Assembly: GCA_963740655.1 (NCBI GenBank)
Contig: CAVUFF010000001.1
Coordinates: forward strand, 23,442 to 87,441
Length of the DNA stretch: 64,000 bases
Direction of reading: 5' to 3'
DNA from: an uncultured Acidobacteriota bacterium
GTDB lineage: Bacteria; Acidobacteriota; Vicinamibacteria; Fen-336
Shown: positions 20,423 through 30,032 of the stretch, in pieces
How positions within the stretch are numbered: the first letter of the stretch is position 1
Layout: each line of letters opens with the position of its first letter
Program-made: the position numbers and the translations under genes
The notes under the pieces: generated by a model
What the model was told of the DNA's origin: nothing
Database searches by the model: none
What the model saw: only the letters and a program-made list of their open reading frames with translations

Positions 20423-21655
20423 TCAGCGGCTGGCGGCTATGGTCTTTTCCCAGGAGCGCTGGAGGTCGGCGTAGCCGACTCCGAGCGCGGTGGGCAGGGC
20501 TTCGGAGGCCGATCGGCCGAGCGCGAGCGAGGCGATCACGCGCCGCAGGCCGTCGAGGCCGTACTGCTTCACCAGGTAGGACACGGCCGACAGGCTTCCG
20601 GCGTAGGCGAGCAGCGCCTGCCCTTCCGACAGCCCGACGAACGGCTCCTCGAGCGCCTCGAGGCGCGGCAGCGGGCTCGAGCGCGCGATGCGTGCGAGCG
20701 CCGCGTCCTCGCGCCACGGGTCGCCGCCTTCGAGCCACTGCGCGAGGCCCTCCTGCAGCCAGGTCGGGCAGTTCGCCCCGGTGCGCGAGGCCACGAACGA
20801 GTGCGCGAGCTCGTGGCGGAGCACGCGCACGAGGCCCGGCGTCGGCCGATCGAGCCCCGCAACGGGCACGCGGATCGTGCCGTCGTTCCAGGCCGCCACC
20901 CAGCCGGGAGCGCGCGTCGTGTCGTAGAACGCCTTCGCTGTCTGCAGCACCACGGTGACGGGCCGCTCCGGCACGAAGCCGAGCTTGGTCCCGAGGTCGT
21001 CCCAGGTCTCGTCGATCACCTTCACGACCGCGAGGCCGAGCGGCTCGTCGGCGGCGCCGTCGAAGCGGACGCTGTACCGTGCGCTCGAGGGCAGGCCCGG
21101 CGTCGCGACGAGCGTCTCGAGCTTCCGCTGGAGCGCGGGCGTGGGGGCGAGCGCTCGCGCGGCCTCGTACCTCTCGCGCGCTGCCGCGAAGTCCCCGGCC
21201 TCGACCAGCGCGTCGCCGAGCAGCTCGAGCGCCGGCGCGCTCGCGGGCGCAAGCGCGAGCGCGTCGGCGAGCGACTGGCGCGCGCGCACGAAATCGGCGA
21301 GCGCGAGCTGCGCCGCGCCGAGCGCCACGAGCGCGCCCGGCGACTTCGGGTCGCGGAAGAGCGCGAGCCGCGCGGAGCGCAACGCCTCCTGCGGCTCTCC
21401 CGCGGCCAGTCGCTCGCGGCTGCGGCGCAGGTCCGGGTCCTCGAGGCCCAGGCCGCCGCCCGCCGCCTCGACGCGGACGACGAGCTCGCGCGGGATCGAG
21501 TAGATCGTGGCGTCGCGGCGGTAACGGACCTCCGCGCCCTCGATCCAGGCCTGCTCCGCATCGATCCTGCGCCCGCTCGTCAGCACGATCGAGTCGGCTG
21601 CCAGCGGAAGGGAGACCAGGGCGAGAGCCCCGGAGAAGAGGGCGCGGCGGCGCAC
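20423..21655 (-). CDS. Secreted TPR protein with peptidase MA-family metalloprotease domain
   Basis: Signal peptide, TPR-like helices, HELAH and WLQEGLAQW motifs. Confidence 0.8.
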   Translation of the reverse strand: MRRRALFSGALALVSLPLAADSIVLTSGRRIDAEQAWIEGAEVRYRRDATIYSIPRELVVRVEAAGGGLGLEDPDLRRSRERLAAGEPQEALRSARLALFRDPKSPGALVALGAAQLALADFVRARQSLADALALAPASAPALELLGDALVEAGDFAAARERYEAARALAPTPALQRKLETLVATPGLPSSARYSVRFDGAADEPLGLAVVKVIDETWDDLGTKLGFVPERPVTVVLQTAKAFYDTTRAPGWVAAWNDGTIRVPVAGLDRPTPGLVRVLRHELAHSFVASRTGANCPTWLQEGLAQWLEGGDPWREDAALARIARSSPLPRLEALEEPFVGLSEGQALLAYAGSLSAVSYLVKQYGLDGLRRVIASLALGRSASEALPTALGVGYADLQRSWEKTIAASR

Positions 21656-21657
21656 GG

Positions 21658-23913
21658 TCAGGGGATGAGTTCGTTGAGCGGCGAGAGTCTGGGTGTCGTC
21701 CCGCCCTGGAGGAAGTAGGCCGGCACGCCGTGGCGCGCCGCCTCCGCGGCCGCGCGCGTGTCGTAGACGCCCCAGCACAGGCGATAGCAGCTGCGTCCCT
21801 GGAACGTGACGGGCAGGATGAAGAGCTCTTCGCCGGGCACGGCCTGCACGGCCTTCGCGATCGTGTCGGTCGAGCACGCCGTGAGCAGCTGCTGGCTGAA
21901 GCGGCCGCGCGCGCCGGGCGCGAGCGAGCTCGCGAATGAGCGGGCGGCCTCCGGGAACGATCCCTGCCGGAGCAGCGCATGGCCGTCTCCCGCGCCCTGC
22001 GCGGCGGCGCGCGGCGGTGGCGGGGCGGCCGCGTGCGGCGTGGCAAGCGGTGTCGGCGCGGGCGTGGGCACCGAAGGCGTGGGCGAAACCGCTGCCACGG
22101 GTGCCGGGGTCGAGGCCGCGACCGGCGCTGCGGTCGCAGCCGTCGCCGGGGCGACCGACGGCGGCGCGCTCGGCGCGAGCGTCGCGGGCGGCAGCGTGGT
22201 CGTTGGCCCTGCGGACAATGTGGTGGGGGGCGGAGGCGACGGACGCGCCTCGGGCGTGCGCAGCAGGAAGTACCAGGCCGCGACGGTGGCCAGCAGCACG
22301 CCGGCCAGACCGGCGGCGATCAGCGGGACGCGCGACCCCACGCTGGGGGCGCTGCGGGCGGCGGCGCGCCGCGGCGGCGTCGTGCTCGGCCGGAACTGCG
22401 GCTCGAACTTGTCCTGCCGCGGGCGCTCGGCGCTGCTGCGCTGGGCGGCGGTCGCCGGATTGAGCAGCGCGTCGAGCGCCGCGAGATCCTCCTGGCTCGG
22501 CCGCGAGGCCGGCGCCGGGGCGGCCACCTGGGGCTCCGGGAGCACCGCGGGCGGCTCGCCGGCGCTCGCCGCGTACGCCGCGTAAGACGGCACGGGCGGC
22601 TCGGGCTCCTGCTCCGGGTCCGGCCCCGGCACGACGATCGTCGTCGCGGGCACGGTCGCGGTGAAGGGGTTGTAGAGCGTCTCGCTCTGCGGCTCGGGAG
22701 CGAAGGCGGGGACCTCAGGGCGGCTCGCAGGGGGGGCGTAGAGCGTCTCGGCCTCGGATTCCGGCACCGGAGGCGGTGAGGACGACATCGGCGGCGGCGG
22801 CGAGGGCGGCGCATAGAGCGTCTCGGGCGGCTCCTCGCTCTTCGGCTCGAATGCCATCCGCTCCTCGGCCTTCGTCTCGGCCTCGGCGCGCTTGAGGTAG
22901 TCCGCCATCGTGAAGATCGGCGCCGCGCCGGGCAGCATCGTGGTCTCGCCGATGAAGACCGGCGGCTCGTCGGGAACGGGCTCGACCTCGGGGAAGGGCG
23001 CCGGGGCGGCGGAAGCCACGGCCGCCGCAGCCGGCTCGGGCTCGGGAGCCACGAAGCTCGGCGCGCTCTCGGTGAAGGCGAACCCGCTCGAGACCGGCAT
23101 GTCCGCCGCGGCGACGGGGTTGAGCGGCACGGTGTACATCGAGGGGTCGTCCGGCCCGAAGCCGCTCTGCGCCTGCTCGGCGAGGTCGACCTCGCCTCCG
23201 CTCACGGCCCCGTCCTTCTTGCGCACGATGCCGAGGAACAGCATCGCGCAGGCGGTCTTCACGGCCTCGAACTCGTCGAGCCGGGTGAGCGCGATCGCGT
23301 CCTTGAGCGTGCGGTGCCCGTCGAGCCGCTCGAGCAGCGGCCACACGTCGGCGCGGACCTCCGAGAGCGCGCCCTCGCCCAAAGGCGCCGGCTCGAGCAC
23401 CGTCGACAGCTCCAGGTGCCGCAGCGCGAAGGGCCGGTCGCCCACGCGCTGCACGGCGGCGAGCAGCAGCTTCTCGGTCGAGAGCTTCAGGTCCACCGCG
23501 CCCTTCGGCAGCACACCGTCCTCGAACTCGAAGGTGCCGGAGTCCCACGCCAGCACGTCGGCGAGGATCCGCTCGACCTTCATGCGCGCGGCCTCGCCCA
23601 GCTCGCGCTGGTTGACGAAGCCGCTCTCGGCCAGCACCTTGGCGAGCGGGTTGCCGGGCCCGACCTTCGCGTTCACCTCGTCGAGCTGGTCGCGCGTGAT
23701 GCGGCCGCTCTCGATCAGGATCGCGCCGAGCTGGTCGCGCGGGTCGTTGGACGAGCCGAACAGCACGCGACCCCCGCGGAAGTAGAGCGCCTTGGGGTGC
23801 ACGGGGCCATTGACTTTGAGAGAGCCCGTGGCCCCGTGACGGTGCAGGTCCACGAGGAGATGGGGGAACGACTGAGGGTCAATGTTCCCGCTCACCGGGA
23901 ACGGTTCCGCCAT
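21658..23913 (-). CDS. DUF4388-domain membrane protein with Pro-rich linkers and SPOR-like C-terminus
   Basis: TGSLKV...KALYFRGGRV...LGAIL N-terminal domain; one TM helix; C-terminal YRLCWGVYDTRAAA. Confidence 0.7.
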   Translation of the reverse strand: MAEPFPVSGNIDPQSFPHLLVDLHRHGATGSLKVNGPVHPKALYFRGGRVLFGSSNDPRDQLGAILIESGRITRDQLDEVNAKVGPGNPLAKVLAESGFVNQRELGEAARMKVERILADVLAWDSGTFEFEDGVLPKGAVDLKLSTEKLLLAAVQRVGDRPFALRHLELSTVLEPAPLGEGALSEVRADVWPLLERLDGHRTLKDAIALTRLDEFEAVKTACAMLFLGIVRKKDGAVSGGEVDLAEQAQSGFGPDDPSMYTVPLNPVAAADMPVSSGFAFTESAPSFVAPEPEPAAAAVASAAPAPFPEVEPVPDEPPVFIGETTMLPGAAPIFTMADYLKRAEAETKAEERMAFEPKSEEPPETLYAPPSPPPPMSSSPPPVPESEAETLYAPPASRPEVPAFAPEPQSETLYNPFTATVPATTIVVPGPDPEQEPEPPVPSYAAYAASAGEPPAVLPEPQVAAPAPASRPSQEDLAALDALLNPATAAQRSSAERPRQDKFEPQFRPSTTPPRRAAARSAPSVGSRVPLIAAGLAGVLLATVAAWYFLLRTPEARPSPPPPTTLSAGPTTTLPPATLAPSAPPSVAPATAATAAPVAASTPAPVAAVSPTPSVPTPAPTPLATPHAAAPPPPRAAAQGAGDGHALLRQGSFPEAARSFASSLAPGARGRFSQQLLTACSTDTIAKAVQAVPGEELFILPVTFQGRSCYRLCWGVYDTRAAAEAARHGVPAYFLQGGTTPRLSPLNELIP

Positions 23914-24005
23914 TCCGTCCCTCCAAACCTCGACCGCGCGTCCTTGGGGACGCGTCGCTTCCACGACGAAAAGTCCAGAAATCATAGCACGTTCGGAGTC
24001 ATTTG

Positions 24006-24035
24006 TTGACATGATTTCGAGACGGCGCGTACACT
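24006..24035 (+). promoter_or_regulatory. Sigma70-type promoter
   Basis: TTGACA-18 bp-TACACT upstream of GGAGG and the 24054 start. Confidence 0.6.
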
Positions 24036-24053
24036 CGCGGCGGAGGTGGGGTC

Positions 24054-24386
24054 TTGGTCGAAACGGGTCGCGGGCGCGAGGACGACTGGTTCCGGGAGAA
24101 CGAGAAGAAGCTCCTCGAGGAGGCCCGAAGGGCGCGCGAAGCCCGCGAGGCCGACCGAAAGGCCCACCAGGACAAGGCCGAGCGCGAGCGGCTGAAGGCC
24201 CTCCACTTCATGAAGTGCCCGAAGTGCGGCCACGACCTCAAGGCCGAGACGCTCGAGGGGATCGAGATCGACCGCTGCTCGTTCTGCGAGGGCTTCTTCA
24301 TGGACGCCGGGGAGCTCGAGCAGCTCTACCTCACGCGGGACCAGTCGAAGCGCGTGGGCTTCCTGAAGGGTCTGCTCGGCATCTGA
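24054..24386 (+). CDS. zf-TFIIB-type zinc-finger protein
   Basis: MKCPKCG...IEIDRCSFCEGFFMDAGELE. Confidence 0.85.
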   Translation: MVETGRGREDDWFRENEKKLLEEARRAREAREADRKAHQDKAERERLKALHFMKCPKCGHDLKAETLEGIEIDRCSFCEGFFMDAGELEQLYLTRDQSKRVGFLKGLLGI

Positions 24387-24411
24387 AGCTCCTCGGCCCG
24401 CGGGAGCGGCC

Positions 24412-24900
24412 GTGCCCTACCTGATCGACGGCAACAACCTCCTCGGCTCGTGGGGAGGGCCGGCCGTCCGAGGCGACGGCCGGGTCGAGGTCGTGCGGCG
24501 GGTCGCCGCCTTCTGCCGTGCGAAGGGCGCCCGGGCCACGATCGTCTTCGACGGCGCTCCGTTCCGGCCGGAGCTCGGGGGCCAGGAGCTGGGCGCCGTC
24601 TCCGTGCGCTTTCCGCGCGAGGGCCAGGACGCCGACTCGCTGATCCGCGCGATCGTCGACACCGCGGAGCGGCCGGGCGAGCTCGTCGTCGTCACCTCGG
24701 ACAAGCCGGTCTACTCCTACGCGCGAACCCGCGGAGCGCGCGCGATGACCGCCCGCGAGTGGAACGCGCTCGGCCGCACGGAGGCGACGCTGCCGCGCGG
24801 CGCGTCGTCGCGCCGCTCTCGCGCGCGCGGCGAGCCGAAGGAGAAGCCCGAGCGCGAGACCGACGTCCTGGGATGGCTGAAGAAGTTCTCGCGCGAGTAG
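24412..24900 (+). CDS. NYN-domain (YacP-like) ribonuclease
   Basis: YLIDGNN, IVFDG, DADSLI and VVTSD motifs. Confidence 0.85.
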   Translation: MPYLIDGNNLLGSWGGPAVRGDGRVEVVRRVAAFCRAKGARATIVFDGAPFRPELGGQELGAVSVRFPREGQDADSLIRAIVDTAERPGELVVVTSDKPVYSYARTRGARAMTAREWNALGRTEATLPRGASSRRSRARGEPKEKPERETDVLGWLKKFSRE

Positions 24901-25098
24901 CGCTCTTCCGTCGTTCCGGTCAACGCGGCGCGGCGGCGTCGCCTGGAGTTGACGCGCGCTAAGACGCGATCGCGGCTCGCCTTTCGCGCGCTGAGCCTCG
25001 CGCGCGTCAAACGCTATTGACCGCGGCCCCGCCGGCCGCTTCTCGGCCGATTCGCGCAACGCACTGACCCGAACGTGCTTCGCGCGGCGATGGCCTCC

Positions 25099-25113
25099 TG
25101 GCACCGCCGTTGC
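25099..25113 (+). promoter_or_regulatory. Sigma54 (-24/-12) promoter
   Basis: TGGCAC-CGCCG-TTGC with canonical spacing, in the intergenic region upstream of comEA. Confidence 0.6.
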
Positions 25114-25282
25114 CTCTGGAGAGAAGCGTCGTGCGGCGGCGCGGTGCCCGGGCGCCGGCGGGGAGAGACGGTGCTCGGGCGCCGCGGCGCCGTGGAGGCG
25201 ACGTCGACGAAGGGCGGTCCGCGAGGCCGAGTCTCCTTCGCGCTGGCGTCCGCCGCACGGCAGGAACCTGAGGAGGAAAACC

Positions 25283-25600
25283 ATGAAGATCCGTCGCCTC
25301 GTCGCCGCCGTTCTCGCCGTCGCGATCGCCGTCCTCGCCGCTCCGGGCTTCGCCGCCGCCGCGGACAAGCCCAACCCGACCGCGAAGGTCAACATCAACA
25401 CCGCCACCGTCGACCAGCTCACGGCGCTGCCGGGCGTCGGGCCGAAGCTGGCCGCCCGCATCGTCGAGCACCGCCAGAAGTCCGGAAGCTTCCGCAGCAC
25501 CCAGGACCTGATGGCGGTGAAGGGCATCGGCGAGAAGAACTACGCGCGGATCGAGCCCTGGCTGAGCGTCGGGGACGCGAAGGCCGCGTCGTCGAAGTGA
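25283..25600 (+). CDS. comEA: ComEA-family helix-hairpin-helix DNA-binding protein
   Basis: Signal peptide; KVNINTA, LPGVGPKLAARI and VKGIGEK. Confidence 0.9.
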   Translation: MKIRRLVAAVLAVAIAVLAAPGFAAAADKPNPTAKVNINTATVDQLTALPGVGPKLAARIVEHRQKSGSFRSTQDLMAVKGIGEKNYARIEPWLSVGDAKAASSK

Positions 25601-25670
25601 GCCAGGCGGCGGCCCGCGCCTCCTGCCGTCGCGAGGCGACGCGGGCCGCCTCCCGCTCGGAGAACCGGCC

Positions 25671-26246
25671 ATGCGCGACCGCGGTATCTCGCTCGTCGAG
25701 ATGACGATCTCGATCCTGATCATCCTCGTGATGGCGGCGGTCGCGGTGCCCATGTTCCGGGCGCGCTTCGCCGACGCCCACCTCGTCGGCGCCGGCGAGC
25801 AGTTCAAGACGCGTTTCAGGCTGGCCCACTCGATGGCCGTGCGCTCGGGCGTCTACACCGCCATCCGCTTCAACCGGCGCGACGACGGCGGCGTGACGTA
25901 CGCGATCTACGCCGACGGCAACTACAACGGCGTGCTCTCCGCCGACATCGCCAAGGGCACGGACCGCCTGGTCGAGGGGCCGATCGCCCTCTCGGGCGGC
26001 GCGCCGGGCGTCTTCGTCGGCTTCAACCCCGGGGTGCCCGAGATCCCGCCCGATCGCGGCCTGCTCTCGGGAGATCCGGTCCGCTTCGGCTCCTCCGACC
26101 TGCTCTCGTTCTCGCCGCTCGGCACCGCCACGCCCGGCACCTTCTACCTCGCGGGCGACCACGCGCAGGCCGCCGTGCGCGTGACGGGCGGCAGCGCCCG
26201 CGTCCGGCTGATGCTCTGGCGCGGGGGCCGCTGGCAGGAGCGCTGA
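25671..26246 (+). CDS. Prepilin-type (FimT/GspH-like) minor pilin
   Basis: RG-ISLVE class III signal followed by a hydrophobic helix; FSPLGTATPGTFYL. Confidence 0.85.
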   Translation: MRDRGISLVEMTISILIILVMAAVAVPMFRARFADAHLVGAGEQFKTRFRLAHSMAVRSGVYTAIRFNRRDDGGVTYAIYADGNYNGVLSADIAKGTDRLVEGPIALSGGAPGVFVGFNPGVPEIPPDRGLLSGDPVRFGSSDLLSFSPLGTATPGTFYLAGDHAQAAVRVTGGSARVRLMLWRGGRWQER

Positions 26247-26271
26247 GGCCGCGGCTGAGAAGGGAGTCACC

Positions 26272-27858
26272 GTGGGCAGGATCATCGGCATCGACCTCGG
26301 GACGACCTGCAGCCGTGTCGCGGTGATGGATCGTGGCCGGCCGCGGTCGGTCCCGAGCCGCGAGGGTGCTCCGGCGGTGCCGTCGATCGTGGGCTTCTCC
26401 GCGGGACGCGAGCCGCTCGTGGGCGACAGCGCACGGCGGCTGGCGGTGGCGAGTCCCGAGCGCGCCGTCTCGGCGATCGTGCGCCTCGTGGGACGCACGC
26501 TCGACCGCGCGACGATCCGGGAGGCGGCCCGCTACATGCCCTTCCGGCTCGCGGCCGCTCCCAACGGCGACGTCCGCCTCGTGCTCGAGGGCGAGTCCTT
26601 CTCGCCACCCGAGCTCGCCGCGATGCTGCTGCGTGAGCTGAAGGCCTCCGCCGAGGAGCACCTCCGCGAGACGATCGACGAGGCCGTCGTCGGCGTTCCG
26701 TCGTCGTTCGACGACCTGCAGCGCCAGGCCGTGCGGGACGCGGCCCGGATCGCAGGGCTCGCCTGTCGCCTCGTCAACGCCTCGACCGCGGCCGCCCTCA
26801 GCTACGCGCTCGGCAGCGGCCGTCAGAGCGGCTGTGTCGCCGTGTGCGATCTCGGCGGCGGCACGCTCGACGTGTCGATCGTGGAGCTGGCCGACGGGCT
26901 CGTGCAGGTTCGCGCGACGGGCGGCGACGCGTCCCTCGGCGGTCTCGACTTCGACCGGCGGATCGCCGAGTCCCTGGTCGGCGAGCTCCGGAAGCAGGCG
27001 GGAGCCGGCTCCGAGCTCGACGCGCGCATCCTGCGAGGGTTGAGCGATGCCGCCGAGAGTGCCAAGCGCGAGCTGTCGATCGCGCTGCGCACCGAGATGG
27101 CACTTCCCACCTCGGGCGATGGCCTCGGCACGCGGCGAGAGCTGACACGTCGGCAGCTCGAGGACGCGACCGCACCGCTCGTCGAGCGCGTGGCCGAGGT
27201 CTGCCGGCGCTGCCTGGCCGAGGCGCGGCTCACCGAGCCCGTCGACGACGTCCTGCTCCTGGGCGGCCAGTCGCGCGCGCCACGGGTGATCGACGTCGTG
27301 AGCGAGGCGTTCGGGAGGCCGCCGAGCCGCGCCGTCAGCATGGACGAGCGCGTCGCGATGGGCGCGGCGATCCTGGCCGGGATCGTCCAGGGCGAGGTCG
27401 ACGGCCTGCTGCTCGTCGACGCGACGGCCCACACCCTGGGCATCGAGACGCGGGACGGGACCTTCACGCCTCTCGTCGAGCGCAACAGCCGGATCCCGAC
27501 GCGCAAGACCCGCGTCTTCACGACGATCCACGACAACCAGACGCGGGTGCTCGTCCACGTGCTGCAAGGGGAGAGCGACCTCGCCGCCTACAACAGGAGC
27601 CTCCAGAAGTTCGAGCTCGTCGAGATCCCGAAGGCCCCGCGGGGCCAGCCGCAGATCGACGTCGCCTTCGCCATCGACGTCAACGGCAGGATGTCGGTGG
27701 AGGCGACCGACCAGGCGACCGGCCGGCGACAAGCGATCCAGGTCCATCCGTCGGGCGGCCTGAGCCCGGAGGAGGTCGACCGCCTGGCGGAGGACGCGCG
27801 CCGGAGCGAGGTCGAGCGCCGGGCCCGCCGATTCGCGCTCATGGGCCGAACCGCCTGA
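26272..27858 (+). CDS. Hsp70/DnaK-like protein, divergent, truncated lid
   Basis: IGIDLGTT, DLGGGTLDVS, LGGLDFD and FTTIHDNQT motifs. Confidence 0.9.
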   Translation: MGRIIGIDLGTTCSRVAVMDRGRPRSVPSREGAPAVPSIVGFSAGREPLVGDSARRLAVASPERAVSAIVRLVGRTLDRATIREAARYMPFRLAAAPNGDVRLVLEGESFSPPELAAMLLRELKASAEEHLRETIDEAVVGVPSSFDDLQRQAVRDAARIAGLACRLVNASTAAALSYALGSGRQSGCVAVCDLGGGTLDVSIVELADGLVQVRATGGDASLGGLDFDRRIAESLVGELRKQAGAGSELDARILRGLSDAAESAKRELSIALRTEMALPTSGDGLGTRRELTRRQLEDATAPLVERVAEVCRRCLAEARLTEPVDDVLLLGGQSRAPRVIDVVSEAFGRPPSRAVSMDERVAMGAAILAGIVQGEVDGLLLVDATAHTLGIETRDGTFTPLVERNSRIPTRKTRVFTTIHDNQTRVLVHVLQGESDLAAYNRSLQKFELVEIPKAPRGQPQIDVAFAIDVNGRMSVEATDQATGRRQAIQVHPSGGLSPEEVDRLAEDARRSEVERRARRFALMGRTA

Positions 27859-27972
27859 CGCAGGGAAAGGCACGGGGGCGCACGGCCGATTCGGGCCGAA
27901 TGGATCAATTCGCCTGAAGCAAACGAATCGCGCGAGGCCCGGAGCGAGCGTGGTAGATTGGCCTTTGCGGCC

Positions 27973-28788
27973 ATGGGCTCGCGCGCCTACCTGCTCATCA
28001 CGCTCGTTCTGTACGCGGCGGGAGCGCTGCACGCGCTGATGCACGCGCTCTTCCGGCGCAGCGCGCTCACCGCTGTCAGCCTCGGGGCGACGCTGCTCGG
28101 CTTCGCCTTCCACACGGCGGCGCTCGCGCTGCGCTGGAACGAGGCCGGCCACTTCCCCGCGGTCGGGACGCACGACGCCGCCTCGCTTCTGGCGTGGGGC
28201 ATCGTGCTCGTGTTCCTGCTCGTCCACGCGACGACGCGCGTCGAGGCGGCGTCGCTCTTCGCGTACCCGTTCGTGTTCGCGCTGCTCTTCGTCGCGAACC
28301 TGAGCGCCGACTCCGAGCGCACCGACCCGGTGCTGCGGAGCCTCTACCTGCCGGTCCACGTGGTGCTCGCGGTGTTCGGCTACGGCGCGCTGTTCGTGGC
28401 CTTCAGCATGGGCGTGCTCTACCTGTTCCAGGAGCGCGAGCTCCTGGCTCGCTCGCCGCGCCGCTTCTACTACCTGATCCCGAGCCTCGAGCGCTCCGAC
28501 ACGATCGGCGGCCGCAGCGTCGTGAGCGGCTTCGGCTTCCTCACGCTGGCGATCGTCACGGGCTTCCTCTGGAACCACAGCCTGCATGGCCGCTACTGGA
28601 CGGGCGATCCCAAGGAGTGGGCGGCGCTCGTCGCCTGGGCGATCTACATCGCGATCCTGGTGGCGCGCGCGCGCTGGGGCTGGGGCGGGCGACGCGCGGC
28701 CTGGCTGCAGGTGGCGGGCTTCACCGTCGTCGTGTTCACGTTCGGCTGGGCGACGCTCGCGCCCTCGCTCGCGGTGGCGTCGCGATGA
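27973..28788 (+). CDS. Cytochrome c biogenesis CcsA/HemX-family membrane protein
   Basis: Multiple TM helices; WTGDPKE (WWD domain); upstream of hemA. Confidence 0.85.
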   Translation: MGSRAYLLITLVLYAAGALHALMHALFRRSALTAVSLGATLLGFAFHTAALALRWNEAGHFPAVGTHDAASLLAWGIVLVFLLVHATTRVEAASLFAYPFVFALLFVANLSADSERTDPVLRSLYLPVHVVLAVFGYGALFVAFSMGVLYLFQERELLARSPRRFYYLIPSLERSDTIGGRSVVSGFGFLTLAIVTGFLWNHSLHGRYWTGDPKEWAALVAWAIYIAILVARARWGWGGRRAAWLQVAGFTVVVFTFGWATLAPSLAVASR

Positions 28789-30032
28789 TCGTCGTCGTCG
28801 GGCTGAGCCACGAGACGGCGCCCGTCGCCGTGCGCGAGGCGCTCGCGTTCCCGAAGGAGACGCTGGCGGCGGCGCTGGAGCGGGCGCGCAGCGAGGCCGG
28901 GCTCGACGAGGCGATGATCCTCTCGACCTGCAACCGTGTCGAGGTGTACGGCCGCTCGGCCCAGAACGCGGTGCGGCCGGTGGTGGAGTTCCTCGCGCGC
29001 GCGCACGGCCGCGCCGCGGCGGAGATCGAGACGCACCTCTACTGCCTCGAGGGCGAGGCGGCGGTACGCCACGCGTTCCGGGTGGCGGCGAGCCTCGAGT
29101 CGATGGTGCTGGGCGAGTCGCAGATCCTGGGCCAGGTGAAGGAGGCCTATCTCGCGGCCGAGGGGGCGCGCAGCCTGGGTGCGGTGCTGAACGGCCTGCG
29201 AACGCGCTCGATCGCCGCGGCCAAGCGCGCGCGCAGCGAGACGGCGATCGGCAAGAACGCGGTGTCGGTCTCGCACGTGGCGGTGGAGCTCGCGAGCAAG
29301 ATCTTCGGCGATCTCGACGGCCGCTCGGTGCTCCTCGTCGGCGCGGGCAAGATGAGCGAGGTCGCGGCGCGGCAGATGGTGAAGCGCGGCGCGCGCGCCT
29401 CGGTGCTGGGCGGGCGAACCTTCGTGAAGGCGGAGCAGCTCGCCGCCAGTCTGGGCGGCAGGGCTGCGCCCTTCGAGTCGCTCCGCGCCGAGCTGGCGCA
29501 CGCCGACATCGTGATCAGCGGCACCGGGGCGACGGGCGTCGTGATCCAGCGCGAGGACGTCGAGGTGGCGCAGGAGCTGCGCCACGGCCGCCCGCTGTTC
29601 CTGATCGACATCGCGGTGCCGCGCGACATCGCCGCGGACGCCGGCCGGGTGGCCGGCGTGTTCCGCTACGACATCGACGACCTGCAGAAGGTCGCGGCCG
29701 CCAACCTGCGCGAGCGCAAGAAGGAAGCGGCGGCCGCCGAGGCGATCGTCGACCACGCGGTTCGCGAGTTCATCGAGTGGCGCCGCTCGCTCGAGGTCGT
29801 CCCGCTGCTCGCCGAGCTGCGCCGGCGAGCGGACGAGATCCGCAAGGCCGAGATCGCCAAGGCGCGCCACCGGCTGGGCCCGCTCACTCCCGAGCAGGAG
29901 AGCGCCCTCGAGGCGGCGACCTCCGCGATCGTCAACAAGCTGCTCCACGCGCCCACGGTGCGGCTCAAGGAGCTGGCGGGCCACGAGCAGGCGGAGCAGG
30001 TGGGCTTCGTGCGCCGCCTCTTCGACCTGTGA
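28785..30032 (+). CDS. hemA: Glutamyl-tRNA reductase
   Basis: GLSHETAPV, LSTCNRVE, GESQILGQV and DIAVPRDI. Confidence 0.96.
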   Translation: MIVVVGLSHETAPVAVREALAFPKETLAAALERARSEAGLDEAMILSTCNRVEVYGRSAQNAVRPVVEFLARAHGRAAAEIETHLYCLEGEAAVRHAFRVAASLESMVLGESQILGQVKEAYLAAEGARSLGAVLNGLRTRSIAAAKRARSETAIGKNAVSVSHVAVELASKIFGDLDGRSVLLVGAGKMSEVAARQMVKRGARASVLGGRTFVKAEQLAASLGGRAAPFESLRAELAHADIVISGTGATGVVIQREDVEVAQELRHGRPLFLIDIAVPRDIAADAGRVAGVFRYDIDDLQKVAAANLRERKKEAAAAEAIVDHAVREFIEWRRSLEVVPLLAELRRRADEIRKAEIAKARHRLGPLTPEQESALEAATSAIVNKLLHAPTVRLKELAGHEQAEQVGFVRRLFDL

